Origin: an uncultured Chloroflexia bacterium
Lineage (GTDB): Bacteria; Chloroflexota; Dehalococcoidia; DSTF01; JACRBR01
Length of the DNA stretch: 64,000 bases
NCBI GenBank assembly: GCA_963736015.1
Contig: CAVTNG010000010.1
Span: 82,258-146,257 of the forward strand
Direction: 5' to 3'
Shown here: positions 22,891 to 31,758 of the stretch, in pieces
Numbering within the stretch: position 1 is the first letter of the stretch
Layout: the number at the start of each line of letters is the position of its first letter
Notes under the pieces: model-generated
Database searches by the model: none
Told to the model about the DNA's origin: nothing
What the model saw: only the letters and a program-made list of their open reading frames with translations
Made by a program: the position numbers and the translations under genes

Positions 22891-24184
22891 CCTCGACCGG
22901 CTCGCCGCGCTCGATCGGACCGTCCTCGGCGACGGCCTTCCAACGCTCGCCCTTCAGGAACACGAAACCGCTCGGCGCAAGCGCTGAGCGGGCGGTGGCC
23001 AAACGCCCGACGAAGGCCTGCGCACCAACGGCACGCGCCGGCATGCGCCGCATGCGGACGAACGTCGCCACGACGGTGAGCATGAAGAACAGGCAGACGA
23101 ACCCGGCGCCGAATACGAGGAATGGCGACGGACGGATGCCGGCGTCATTACCGGAGAACAGGATCAGCCCGCCGGCAACGAGCGCCACTGCTCCTCCGAT
23201 GCCGAGCGCGCCGAACCCGCTCACATACAACTCCGCGGCGAACAGCACGAACGCCAGCAGGATGAGCGCCACGCCGGCCCAGTTCACCGGGAGCGTCCCC
23301 AGCACGAAGAACGCCAGGACCAGCGAGATCGCCCCGAATACGCCCGGCGCGATGAGGCCCGGATGCAGAAATTCGAGGAGCAGTCCCAGCCCGCCGAGCG
23401 TCAGCAGCAGGTATGCGATGTTCGGATCGCTGAGCACCAGCAGTAGCCGCTCCAGGAACGTCGCGTCGTTATAGACGCGCGGCGCCGCCTCGAGGCCGCC
23501 AAGCGTGACGGGCTGATTCTCGACCGTCACCGTGCGACCGTCGGCCTGGCGCAGCAGATCATCCATGCTGATAGCGACGTAATCCACGATGCCTTTGTCG
23601 ACGGCTTCGTTCGCCGATGCCGACACGCTGTTGCGCACCGCACTCTCGGCCCAGTCGGCGTTGCGGCCGTGTGCCTCCGCGATGCTGCGCGCGTATGCCG
23701 CCGCGTTGTTCTCGACCTTCGTGCCGAGTGTGCCCTCGATGTCGCCGCCGCTGGCATCGACGGGGTGCGCCGCCCCGATGCTCGTGCCCGGCGCCATTGC
23801 GTCGATGTCCGCCGAGAGGGTGATGAAGGTGCCCGCGGATGCCGCCTTCGCGCCGCTCGGCGCGACGTACACGATCACCGGCACGTTCGCGGCCTCGATG
23901 CGCTGCACGATGTGCTCCATCGACGTCGAGAGCCCGCCCGGCGTGTCGAGCTGGATGACCACGGCCTTTGCGTCCGTGCGCTCGGCCTCGTCAATCCCGC
24001 GGTCGATGTAGCGCTCCATCACCGGATTGACGTCGAAGTCAGCGGTGAGGACATGCACCGCATTCTGCTGACTGACGCGCGGGGCGCAGGCGACAGCCAT
24101 ACCCGCGGCGAGCCCGACGGCAGCGAGCGCAATCCGGACACGCCGCGGCGGGAGACAGGTACGAAGAGCTGCGATCAGCTGCAT
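22841..24184 (-). CDS. NfeD-family membrane-bound ClpP-class serine protease
   Basis: Intact 447 aa: ClpP-like N-terminal domain (VIQLDTPGGL, APSGAKAASAGTFI), central multi-TM block, and C-terminal OB-like NfeD domain (GFVFLKGERWKAV...GEPVEV). Confidence 0.8.
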   Translation of the reverse strand: MQLIAALRTCLPPRRVRIALAAVGLAAGMAVACAPRVSQQNAVHVLTADFDVNPVMERYIDRGIDEAERTDAKAVVIQLDTPGGLSTSMEHIVQRIEAANVPVIVYVAPSGAKAASAGTFITLSADIDAMAPGTSIGAAHPVDASGGDIEGTLGTKVENNAAAYARSIAEAHGRNADWAESAVRNSVSASANEAVDKGIVDYVAISMDDLLRQADGRTVTVENQPVTLGGLEAAPRVYNDATFLERLLLVLSDPNIAYLLLTLGGLGLLLEFLHPGLIAPGVFGAISLVLAFFVLGTLPVNWAGVALILLAFVLFAAELYVSGFGALGIGGAVALVAGGLILFSGNDAGIRPSPFLVFGAGFVCLFFMLTVVATFVRMRRMPARAVGAQAFVGRLATARSALAPSGFVFLKGERWKAVAEDGPIERGEPVEVTSAKGLTLFVRRHHA

Positions 24185-24293
24185 GCGACACTTCCCGGAG
24201 CATCATAGCGCGCCGTCCGACGCGGCAAGGACGCGAACTGAACCGTCGCGGTCGCGTACGCCCGGCGGCGCCTGCTCGCGCGCGTCGGCCGGT

Positions 24294-24355
24294 TTGTCGG
24301 CTCAAACGGGCGTTCGATAGAATGCAGCGCGTCCCTGCCCGGATTGGGCGGGGAC
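24294..24355 (+). promoter_or_regulatory. Candidate promoter (TTGTCG-18 nt-TAGAAT) followed by a 10-bp stem-loop immediately upstream of hisZ
   Basis: -35 at 24294-24299 and -10 at 24318-24323. Hairpin GTCCCTGCCC-GGATT-GGGCGGGGAC at 24331-24355 (one mismatch). Confidence 0.25.
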
Positions 24356-24363
24356 GTTCCTTC

Positions 24364-25612
24364 ATGGGGGATTTCGTGCAAGAAGCGGCATCTGCACAGC
24401 TAGCCCGCGGCATGCGGGACCTGCTTCCGGACGAGATGGAACGCCTGCGGGGCGTCGAGGACGCCTTCCGAGCGACCTGCCGTGCCTGGGGGTACCGCGA
24501 GAATCCGGACGCCCGTGATCGAGCCGCTGCATCTCTTCACATCTGCGGGAACGCTCTCGCCGCAGACACTTGACCGCGTGTACTCATTTCTGGACTGGGA
24601 CGGGTGGAGCGGCGAGCGCGTCGTCCTCCGCCCCGACTCGACGATCCCGGCCGCGCGACTCTACGCCGACCACCTGCGGGAGGACGGCGTCGCCAAGCTC
24701 TGCTACTCGCAAGACGTCTTCCGCTTCACGGACGACGGCTCGTCCCGCGAGGAGTGGCAGTGCGGCGTCGAACTGATCGGCGACACGGGCGTCTCCGGAG
24801 ACGTCGAGCTGGTGCTGCTGGCGCTCGAGGTGCTCAAGCCGCTCAACGTTCATGACATAACGGTTCGCGTGTCACACGCTGGCCTCGTCCGCAGCGTGCT
24901 CGCACAGGCCGGCCTCAGCCCTGAGGAGCAGGGTGCCGCGTACGACCGTCTGCTCGACGGCGATATGACCGTGGTCGACGTGGTCGAGGCGCGCCTGCCG
25001 CAGCTCAACGCACCGCTGCGGATGCTATTCGACGTTGAGGGCGCAGGCAGTAACTACGTCGCGAACCTGCGCGGCGCGCTGGTCGATGCCATCCCATCAC
25101 TCGCGCAGCCGCTCAATGACCTCGCGTTCGTCGCAACCGCGCTCGAGGCCCGCGGCGTCTCGCCGCGCATCCAGGCCGTGCTGGCCCGGCGATTCGAATA
25201 CTACTCCGGTCTCGTGCTGCGCATCGATTCCGGCGGAGAACGCGTTGTCGGCGGTGGCCGCTACGACGAGTTGATCGGCCTCGTCGGAGACCGCGCAGTC
25301 CCGGCCTCCGGCTTCGCGCTGTACATGGCACCGCTTGTCGCCACGCCTCTGGCCGAATCGGATACCGCTCGCCTATCAAACATCTGCGTCGAGCCAGCGG
25401 GTGACGACCCGCTTCTGCTCGCACGCGCGTACGAAACGGCCGAGCAGTTGCGCGCCGCGGGGGTCCCGGTCGAAACGCTGGCGACCGGCGGCACGCACGA
25501 CCACGACACGGTCGTTTGCAGCGAGCGCAGTTTCGACCTGATCTCATCCGGCGCCGGGACGACATTCGAGCGCCTCGATGACCTTGTACGCGCGCTGGTG
25601 GGGCCGAAGTGA
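24364..25612 (+). CDS. hisZ: ATP phosphoribosyltransferase regulatory subunit HisZ (HisRS paralog) (one frame change near 24500)
   Basis: ARGMRDLLPDE, IRTPVIEPLHLF, degenerate motif 2 FRFTDDGSSREEWQCGVELIG, ARRFEYYSG and GGGRYDEL. The stop overlaps the hisG GTG (GTGA). Confidence 0.7.
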
Positions 25613-26991
25613 TCCGGCTCGCGCTGCCCACCGGCGAGCTGCGGAGCGACACCGCCGCGCTCCTTGATGCGGCGGGAGCCGGCATCGTCGACTACGCCGC
25701 CGGGTCGCGTGCCCTGCGCTTCGATGTGCTTGATGGCGCCGGCGTCGCGCGCGTCTTCCGCGAGAAGGACATCCCCGTGCAGGTCGCGCTCGGCAACTAC
25801 GATGCGGGCATCTGCGGACTCGCCTGGGTCGAGGAGCTGACGCGCCGCTTCCCGCGCCACGACGTGGTGCGTGTGTGTCCCCTGGGCTTCGGCCGGCAGG
25901 AGCTGTGGCTCGCCGCGGCCGGCGATACCTGCGGGTCGCCTGTCCGCATCGCGAGCGAGTACGGCAACATCGCCGAAGCGGTCGCGAGGCGCTGGCGCCT
26001 CGGCCGCTACCGCGTCTTCGAGGTGAAGGGCGCGGCGGAAGCCTATCCGCCCGAGGACGCCGACGTCGTCCTCATCGCAGCGCGTAGCGCGGATGAGATC
26101 GCCGCGTCCGGACTCGACCCGATCGGACGAGTGTTTGAGAGCCGCGCATGGCTGATCGCCAACGGGCGCAGCCTGGCGACGAAGGACGTTTCTCCGCTGC
26201 TAAACAAGCTGTTGCGAGTCGGTGGCGCCAGGTCACGCGCGCCCGAACTAACAATCCCGTCAGCACCGTCTATGCGCGAGGTGACACCGGCGTCGAGACA
26301 GCGACTGCGCATCGCGCTTCCCGATGGCCACGCGCAGCGTCCAACGCTCGAAGCACTCGATGCCGCAGGCTTTGGCCTCGATGGCTACGATGGCGTCGCT
26401 CGTCGGCCCGATGCTCGTGCTGATGGCATCGACGTGAAGGTGATCCGCCCGCAGGACATGCCGCAGCAGGTCGCGCTCGGGCAGTTCGACCTCGCCGTGA
26501 CGGGACGAGACGTGCTCGTCGAGCACACGCTGCAGTTCCCATCGAGTCCGGTCGAGGAGGTCGTCGACCTCGGCCGTTCCCGATACGGTCTCGCTGCGAT
26601 AGTGAAGGATGTCGACGCCGATACCGTCGCGGGCGCCGTGAGCGAGTGGCGTGCCGGTGGCAGAGCCGTGATCCGGCTCGCGAGCGAGTTCCCGAACATC
26701 GCCGACCACTTCGCGCGCGAGCGGCACCTCGGACGCTATAGCGTGATCCCGATCGCCGGCGCCTCGGAAGGCTTCGTGCCCGAAGACGCCGAGATTCTGA
26801 TCGAGGGCATCGACACGGGCTCGAGCGTTCGTGCCAACAAGCTCACGATCCTCGAGCGCTTCTTCGAGTCGACCAACATCGTCATCGCCAACAAGCAGCG
26901 GCCGCAAGGCGAACTGGGTCGCCTCTTCGATGCTGTCGTCGCGCAGTTGACGTCCGGTGCTCTGCAACCGGTCGCGGCAGGAGGCGCATAG
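25609..26991 (+). CDS. hisG: ATP phosphoribosyltransferase, tandem fusion of two short-form HisG modules (460 aa)
   Basis: Module 2 (about aa 243-460): LRIALPDG, IRPQDMPQQVALGQFDLAVTGRDVLVE, LASEFPNIADHF and GASEGFVPEDAEILIEGIDTGSSVRANKL (PRPP loop). Module 1 (about aa 1-225): IRLALPTG, REKDIPVQVALGNYDAGICG, IASEYGNIAEAV and GAAEAYPPEDADVVLIAARSADEIAASGL (loop degenerate). Intact ORF. Confidence 0.8.
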   Translation: MIRLALPTGELRSDTAALLDAAGAGIVDYAAGSRALRFDVLDGAGVARVFREKDIPVQVALGNYDAGICGLAWVEELTRRFPRHDVVRVCPLGFGRQELWLAAAGDTCGSPVRIASEYGNIAEAVARRWRLGRYRVFEVKGAAEAYPPEDADVVLIAARSADEIAASGLDPIGRVFESRAWLIANGRSLATKDVSPLLNKLLRVGGARSRAPELTIPSAPSMREVTPASRQRLRIALPDGHAQRPTLEALDAAGFGLDGYDGVARRPDARADGIDVKVIRPQDMPQQVALGQFDLAVTGRDVLVEHTLQFPSSPVEEVVDLGRSRYGLAAIVKDVDADTVAGAVSEWRAGGRAVIRLASEFPNIADHFARERHLGRYSVIPIAGASEGFVPEDAEILIEGIDTGSSVRANKLTILERFFESTNIVIANKQRPQGELGRLFDAVVAQLTSGALQPVAAGGA

Positions 26992-26995
26992 CCAC

Positions 26996-27742
26996 ATGCC
27001 GTTGATCGGACTGCACATCACCGTCGCGCGCGAGCTTGCCGATGAGCTGAGGCACCGCGTCATCAATGGCGACCGTGGCGCCTTCTACCTGGGCGCCACC
27101 ACGCCCGACATTCGCGCGATGACGCGCCTCGACCGCGAGCGCACGCACTTCTTTACACTCAATGACTTCGGCCCCCAGAGCGGCGTGCACCGCCTGTTCC
27201 AGGAGCAGCCCGAACTGAAGGATCCCACCACGCTCGACGCAACGACGGCTGCCTTCATGGCGGGATACGTCTCGCATCTCGAGATGGACGAGGCGTACAT
27301 CGGCGAGATTTATCGCCCGTTCTTCGGCGAACGCTCCGATGTGGCTGACGACCTGATGGCGAACGTGATGGACCGCCTGCTGCTATACCACCTCGACAAG
27401 GAGCACCGGGAGGACGCCTCTGCGCTGGAGGAGATCGGCCGCGCGCTGACCGAGAGCTCGGCCGAGGTAGCGGTCGATTTCATTGGCCGCGACGCGATCC
27501 GAGAGTGGCGCGAGCTGCAGCGGCGGATGGTCACGCGCCCGCCGACGTTCGCGAAGATGCTCTGGCGCCAGCTCAACGCGGTCGGCATCGAGGGCGAAGA
27601 AGCCATTGCGGCCTTCCTTGAGGAGCACGCGGAGGAGCTGTTGCGGAGCACGATCGCACGGATCGGCCCCGAACGGATACGGCAGTACCTGCTGGACTCG
27701 AAGGATCGTGCGAGACGGGCGATGATGGACTATTTCGCGTGA
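26996..27742 (+). CDS. Zn-dependent phospholipase C/phosphoesterase-like all-alpha protein (family assignment tentative)
   Basis: 248 aa intact. Candidate metal ligands in the pattern GLHITVA ... GATTPDIR ... THFF ... GYVSHLEMDEAY ... LYHLDKEH. AGGAGG SD. The start lies 5 nt after the hisG stop and the stop overlaps the hisD GTG. Confidence 0.45.
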   Translation: MPLIGLHITVARELADELRHRVINGDRGAFYLGATTPDIRAMTRLDRERTHFFTLNDFGPQSGVHRLFQEQPELKDPTTLDATTAAFMAGYVSHLEMDEAYIGEIYRPFFGERSDVADDLMANVMDRLLLYHLDKEHREDASALEEIGRALTESSAEVAVDFIGRDAIREWRELQRRMVTRPPTFAKMLWRQLNAVGIEGEEAIAAFLEEHAEELLRSTIARIGPERIRQYLLDSKDRARRAMMDYFA

Positions 27743-29088
27743 AGATCGTACTGGGCGCGGAGGAGGGACGTCGGACGTTGCTTCGGCGGCAGGCGCTCGG
27801 CGAGACGGAGCTTCCGGCCGCGATTCGGGAGAAAAACGCCGCGATCTTCGGCGCCGACCTGCCTCTCGACGCGCAGGTGCGCCGCATCCTCGGCGACGTT
27901 CGCCGCGAGGGCGATGCCGCCGTGCGGCGCTACGGTGCGGCATTCACCGGTGGCACCCCCGAACAGCTCGAAGTGCCACGTGCCGAGATCGAGGAGTCCT
28001 ACGCGTGCATCGATGCTGCACTCGTGGCCGATTTGAGGGAGGCAGCCGGCCACATTCGTGCCTACCACGAACGCCAGCGGGAACACTCGTCTCGGTCGTT
28101 CATGCACGAGGGCGTGGGCATGCAGGTGCGCGCGATCGAGCGCGTCGGCATGTACGTCCCGACCAGCCCGGGTGCCGTCTATCCGTCGTCCGTGCTGATG
28201 ACGGGGCTCCCCGCCAAGGTGGCGGGCGTACGCGAGCTGATCATGATGACACCGCCCGGGCGCGATGGCGTGGTCGCGCCGTTGAAGCTCGTCGCGGCTG
28301 ACATCGCGGGCGTCGACCGCGTGTTCGCGGCTGGGGGCGCCGAGGGCATCGGCGCGCTGGCTTACGGCACGGAGACCGTGCCCGCCGTCGACAAGATCGT
28401 CGGCCCGGGAAACATTTTCGTCACCGTCGCGAAGCGCGAGGTGTTCGGCAGCGTCGGGATCGACGCGCTGTACGGCCCGAGCGAGACCATCGTGATCGCC
28501 GACGAGACGGCGGATCCGATGCTCGCGGCAGCGGACCTGCTCGCGCAGGCGGAGCACGACGAGCTGGCGACACCGATCCTCATCACGACATCGGCATCGA
28601 TGGCGGAGCGCGTCGGGGCCGAGGTTGAGCGCCAGTTGGCGCTCCTCGATCGCTGCGAGATCGCCCGCACGTCGTTCGATGCGCGCGGTGGTGCCGTCGT
28701 CGTCGACAGCGTCGAAGAGGCGGTCGAATTGGGCAGCGAGTACGCGCCCGAGCACATGTGCCTGCTTGTCCGCGACGCCGCGTCGGTCGCGACGACAGTG
28801 CGCAACGCGGGCGGCATCTTCGTCGGCGACGACGCGCCGGAGTCGCTGGGCGACTACACTGCCGGCCCGAGCCACGTCATGCCGACGGCAGGCGCCGCGC
28901 GCTACGCGTCGCCGCTCGGCGTGTACGACTTTTTGAAGGTGACGAGCATCGTTCAGGTCGACGGCGCGAGGCTACGCAAGGCGGGACCGGCGGCAGCGCG
29001 CATCGCTCGCGCGGAGGGCTTCACTGCGCACGCGCGCAGCATCGAGTTGCGGTTGAACGGCGGGGAGCGTGACGGAGGGCAGAAATGA
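27739..29088 (+). CDS. hisD: Histidinol dehydrogenase
   Basis: Intact 449 aa: VGMYVPTSPGAVYPSSVLM, DKIVGPGNIFV, GPSE, LLAQAEHD, YAPEHM, SLGDY and GPSHVMPT. Confidence 0.95.
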   Translation: MKIVLGAEEGRRTLLRRQALGETELPAAIREKNAAIFGADLPLDAQVRRILGDVRREGDAAVRRYGAAFTGGTPEQLEVPRAEIEESYACIDAALVADLREAAGHIRAYHERQREHSSRSFMHEGVGMQVRAIERVGMYVPTSPGAVYPSSVLMTGLPAKVAGVRELIMMTPPGRDGVVAPLKLVAADIAGVDRVFAAGGAEGIGALAYGTETVPAVDKIVGPGNIFVTVAKREVFGSVGIDALYGPSETIVIADETADPMLAAADLLAQAEHDELATPILITTSASMAERVGAEVERQLALLDRCEIARTSFDARGGAVVVDSVEEAVELGSEYAPEHMCLLVRDAASVATTVRNAGGIFVGDDAPESLGDYTAGPSHVMPTAGAARYASPLGVYDFLKVTSIVQVDGARLRKAGPAAARIARAEGFTAHARSIELRLNGGERDGGQK

Positions 29089-29249
29089 TGCGCCGCCAGC
29101 GGCTCACACTGCGCGCGAGGAAGTGCGCATCGTGTACCGTGACACTGCTGCGCGGCGCCTGGGCGTGGCGCGTCGGCGAGGGCGAGGACCTGCGATTCTA
29201 CTGCGACAACGGTCGATGTCGCTTCATTCGCGGCAGGCAGCCGGCATGA
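29085..29249 (+). CDS. 54-codon Arg-rich Cys4 (CxxC...CxxxxC) micro-ORF, not in the supplied ORF track
   Basis: MMRRQRLTLRARKCASCTVTLLRGAWAWRVGEGEDLRFYCDNGRCRFIRGRQPA. GGAGGG lies 5 nt upstream. The ATG overlaps the hisD TGA (ATGA) and the TGA overlaps the hisC ATG (ATGA). Third-codon-position G+C is clearly higher than in the alternative frame. Confidence 0.4.
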   Translation: MMRRQRLTLRARKCASCTVTLLRGAWAWRVGEGEDLRFYCDNGRCRFIRGRQPA

Positions 29250-30355
29250 GCGGCTTCGACATGCGCGCCTTGATTCGCCCGGACCTGCTCGAACTACCCG
29301 GCTACGTCCCGATCGAGCCCACCGATGTGCTCGCCGAGCGCCTGGGCATCGCGCCCGACGACGTCCTCAAGCTCGACGGAAACGAGAACCCGTTCGGTCC
29401 GTCGCCGAAGGCGCTCGAGGCGGTGCGGAGTGAACGGAACTACCACATCTACCCCGATCCTGATCAGCGGCGCGTGCGCGAGGCGCTTGCCGGCTACGTC
29501 GGCGTCGATGCGGAGCGCATCGTCTGCGGCCTCGGCAGCGACGATCTGATCGACCTCGTAATGCGCGCGACGCTTGCGCCGGGCGACGGCGTCATCAACT
29601 GCCCGCCGACGTTCGGTATGTATCCGTTCTCCGCGGAAGTCTGCGGCGGCCGCGTGATCGACGTCCCGCGCCTGGAGAGCTTCGCGCTCGACATCGAGGC
29701 GATCGAGCGGGCAGCGACGCGGGCGAAGCTCATCTTTATCGCGTCGCCCAATAATCCGACGGGCAACCTGATGCCGGCAGAGGAACTTGATCGTCTGCTG
29801 GCGACCGGCTTGATCGTCGCGGTAGATGAAGCCTACGTCGAGTTTGCGGGATCGCGGCTCTCCGTCGCCGAACTCACGGAGCGACACGAAAACCTCGTCG
29901 TGCTGCGGACGTTCAGCAAGTGGGCCGGGCTAGCCGGACTACGCGCGGGTTACGGCATCATGGCCCCGGCGCTCGCGTCGGTGCTGATGACGATCAAGCA
30001 GCCGTATAACCTCAACGTCGCTGCAGGGGTGGCGATGCTGGGCGCGCTCGAGGACCGCGAGCTGCTCGACGAGCGCGCCTGTGAAATCCGTGGCACGCGC
30101 GAGAAGCTGTCCGAATTGCTCTCGGCGGTTCCCTGGATCACGCCATACCCGTCGCAGGCTAACTTCATCTTGTGCCGGCTCGACGGCGTCGATGCCGTCG
30201 AGGTGAAGGAACGCCTCGCCAGGCGCGGCATCTTCGTGCGATATTTCGACACGCCGATGCTGCGCAACCATTTGCGCATCAGCGTCGGGCTCGAGGAGCA
30301 CAACGCGCGCCTGCTGCACGCGCTGACGGAGATCGGAGGAGAGCTTGGGCGCTGA
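29246..30355 (+). CDS. hisC: Histidinol-phosphate aminotransferase
   Basis: IRPDLLELPGYVP, LDGNENPFGP, SPNNPTGN, DEAYVEF and RTFSKWAGLAGLRAGY (PLP lysine). The start was chosen at the M giving a canonical N-terminus. Confidence 0.9.
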   Translation: MSGFDMRALIRPDLLELPGYVPIEPTDVLAERLGIAPDDVLKLDGNENPFGPSPKALEAVRSERNYHIYPDPDQRRVREALAGYVGVDAERIVCGLGSDDLIDLVMRATLAPGDGVINCPPTFGMYPFSAEVCGGRVIDVPRLESFALDIEAIERAATRAKLIFIASPNNPTGNLMPAEELDRLLATGLIVAVDEAYVEFAGSRLSVAELTERHENLVVLRTFSKWAGLAGLRAGYGIMAPALASVLMTIKQPYNLNVAAGVAMLGALEDRELLDERACEIRGTREKLSELLSAVPWITPYPSQANFILCRLDGVDAVEVKERLARRGIFVRYFDTPMLRNHLRISVGLEEHNARLLHALTEIGGELGR

Positions 30356-30941
30356 AGCGCTGGATCCGCGCACGGCGATCTTCGTGATTTCGGGCACGCA
30401 GGGTGCCGGCAAGACGACGGTTGCTGGCCTGCTGGCGCGCCGCTTCGCTCGCGGCGTGCACGTCAGCGCCGACACGTTGCAGAAGATGATCGTCTCCGGC
30501 CGCGAGTGGCCCGAATCCGATACCGTCACGCGCGAATCGGCAGAAGTCACCGGCGAGGCCGGCCGGCAGCTCCGGCTCCGGCTCCACAACATGTGTCTGC
30601 TCGGGCGTTCGTTCTTCGATGCCGGGTTCACAGCCGTGTTAGATGACATCATCTTCGGTGACCGCATCGGTCAGCTGTCCAACGATCTCCGCGATGTGCC
30701 GTTCTACTTCGTCATGCTCACGCCGGACCTCGAGACGGTACGCGAGCGAGAGCGCGGCCGGGGCAGCGAGCTGCACCGCGAGTGGGAGTGGCTGACCGAG
30801 GCCATTGCCGCTAGTCAACCGCGGCCCGGCCTGTGGCTGGACACGTCGCGTCAGGCCCCGGACGAGACCGTGGACGAGATCATGGTACATGCCTGGAGCG
30901 AAGCCCCTGTGCCGGTTCGCGGCGCAGTGGCTGCCCGATGA
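30345..30941 (+). CDS. P-loop small-molecule kinase-like protein (AAA_33 / chloramphenicol-phosphotransferase-like)
   Basis: Walker [13 protein letters not shown], Walker-B-like AVLDDIIFG, and RERERGRG. The TTG start overlaps the hisC end and the stop overlaps the hisB ATG (ATGA). Confidence 0.55.
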   Translation: MGAEALDPRTAIFVISGTQGAGKTTVAGLLARRFARGVHVSADTLQKMIVSGREWPESDTVTRESAEVTGEAGRQLRLRLHNMCLLGRSFFDAGFTAVLDDIIFGDRIGQLSNDLRDVPFYFVMLTPDLETVRERERGRGSELHREWEWLTEAIAASQPRPGLWLDTSRQAPDETVDEIMVHAWSEAPVPVRGAVAAR

Positions 30942-31535
30942 ACCGCTCGGCGCAGGTGGTACGCGAGACGAAGGAGACGCGCGTCGACGTTACTCTCGAC
31001 GTCGATGGCAGCGGGCAGTCGTCGGCGAAGACGGGCATCGGCATGCTCGATCATCTCGTCGAGCAGATCGGCAAGCACGGACTGCTTCGACCTCAGCGTC
31101 GACGGCGAGCGGCGACCTCCACGTCGATGAGCACCACACAGTCGAGGACGTCGGCATCGCCATCGGGCAGGCGCTCGACCGCGCGCTCGGCGACCGTGCA
31201 GGCATCGTCCGCATGGCCGATGCGACGGTGCCACTCGACGAGGCGCTCGCGTCGGTGGCGCTCGACATCAGCGGGCGTCCCTTCTGCACGCTCGATGCTT
31301 CCTGGACCCTCGACCGCATCGGCGAGCTGCCCGCCTCGCTGGTCGAGCACCTCCTCTGCTCGATCGCGTCCGAAGGCAAGTTCACGCTCCACGCGCGCGT
31401 GCTGAGCGCGGCGACAACGACCACCACAAGGCGGAAGCGCTGTGCAAGGCACTTGGCCGCGCCTTGTCCGCAGCCACGCGCATAGAGCCACGGCGGGGCG
31501 GCGAGTCCCCGAGCACCAAGGGCACCATCGGCTGA
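30938..31535 (+). CDS. hisB: Imidazoleglycerol-phosphate dehydratase, monofunctional (no HAD phosphatase domain) (frameshifted as given)
   Basis: [74 protein letters not shown] and STKG. Confidence 0.85.
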
Positions 31536-31700
31536 GTGACCTACGTCGCGCAGATGCACGGCGTGCCCGGCGGCGGCAAGCGACGGTCGGCGGCCCTTCG
31601 CGCGCGCTCGACGCGGTGCTGGCTGAACTCGGACGAGTCCCATCGGCCGGTCCACGCATGCGCGCCGCTGGTGCGGGCGACGGATGAGGCGCCGCAGGCT
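31536..31700 (+). pseudogene. Possible truncated remnant of a second P-loop kinase-like gene
   Basis: GTG directly after the hisB stop: VTYVAQMHGVPGGGKR(T)V...LDAVL..NSDE resembles a Walker A N-terminus. It peters out after about 55 codons. Confidence 0.2.
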
Positions 31701-31758
31701 CGATGCGCACGTCTTCAATCGGGCGATGTGCCGCTGCGGAAACCGCAGGGACTGGCGG

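Noticed and set aside
22841-24184. NfeD-SPFH (stomatin/flotillin) operon
   Set aside because: NfeD genes are usually followed by an SPFH-domain gene. Here the downstream neighbour is a convergent sulfotransferase-like gene and no SPFH gene is present.
24185-24363. Histidine leader-peptide attenuator or T-box upstream of hisZ
   Set aside because: There is no run of His codons, no specifier loop or T-box sequence, and no terminator/antiterminator pair. Only a single hairpin is present, and it is reported separately with low interest.
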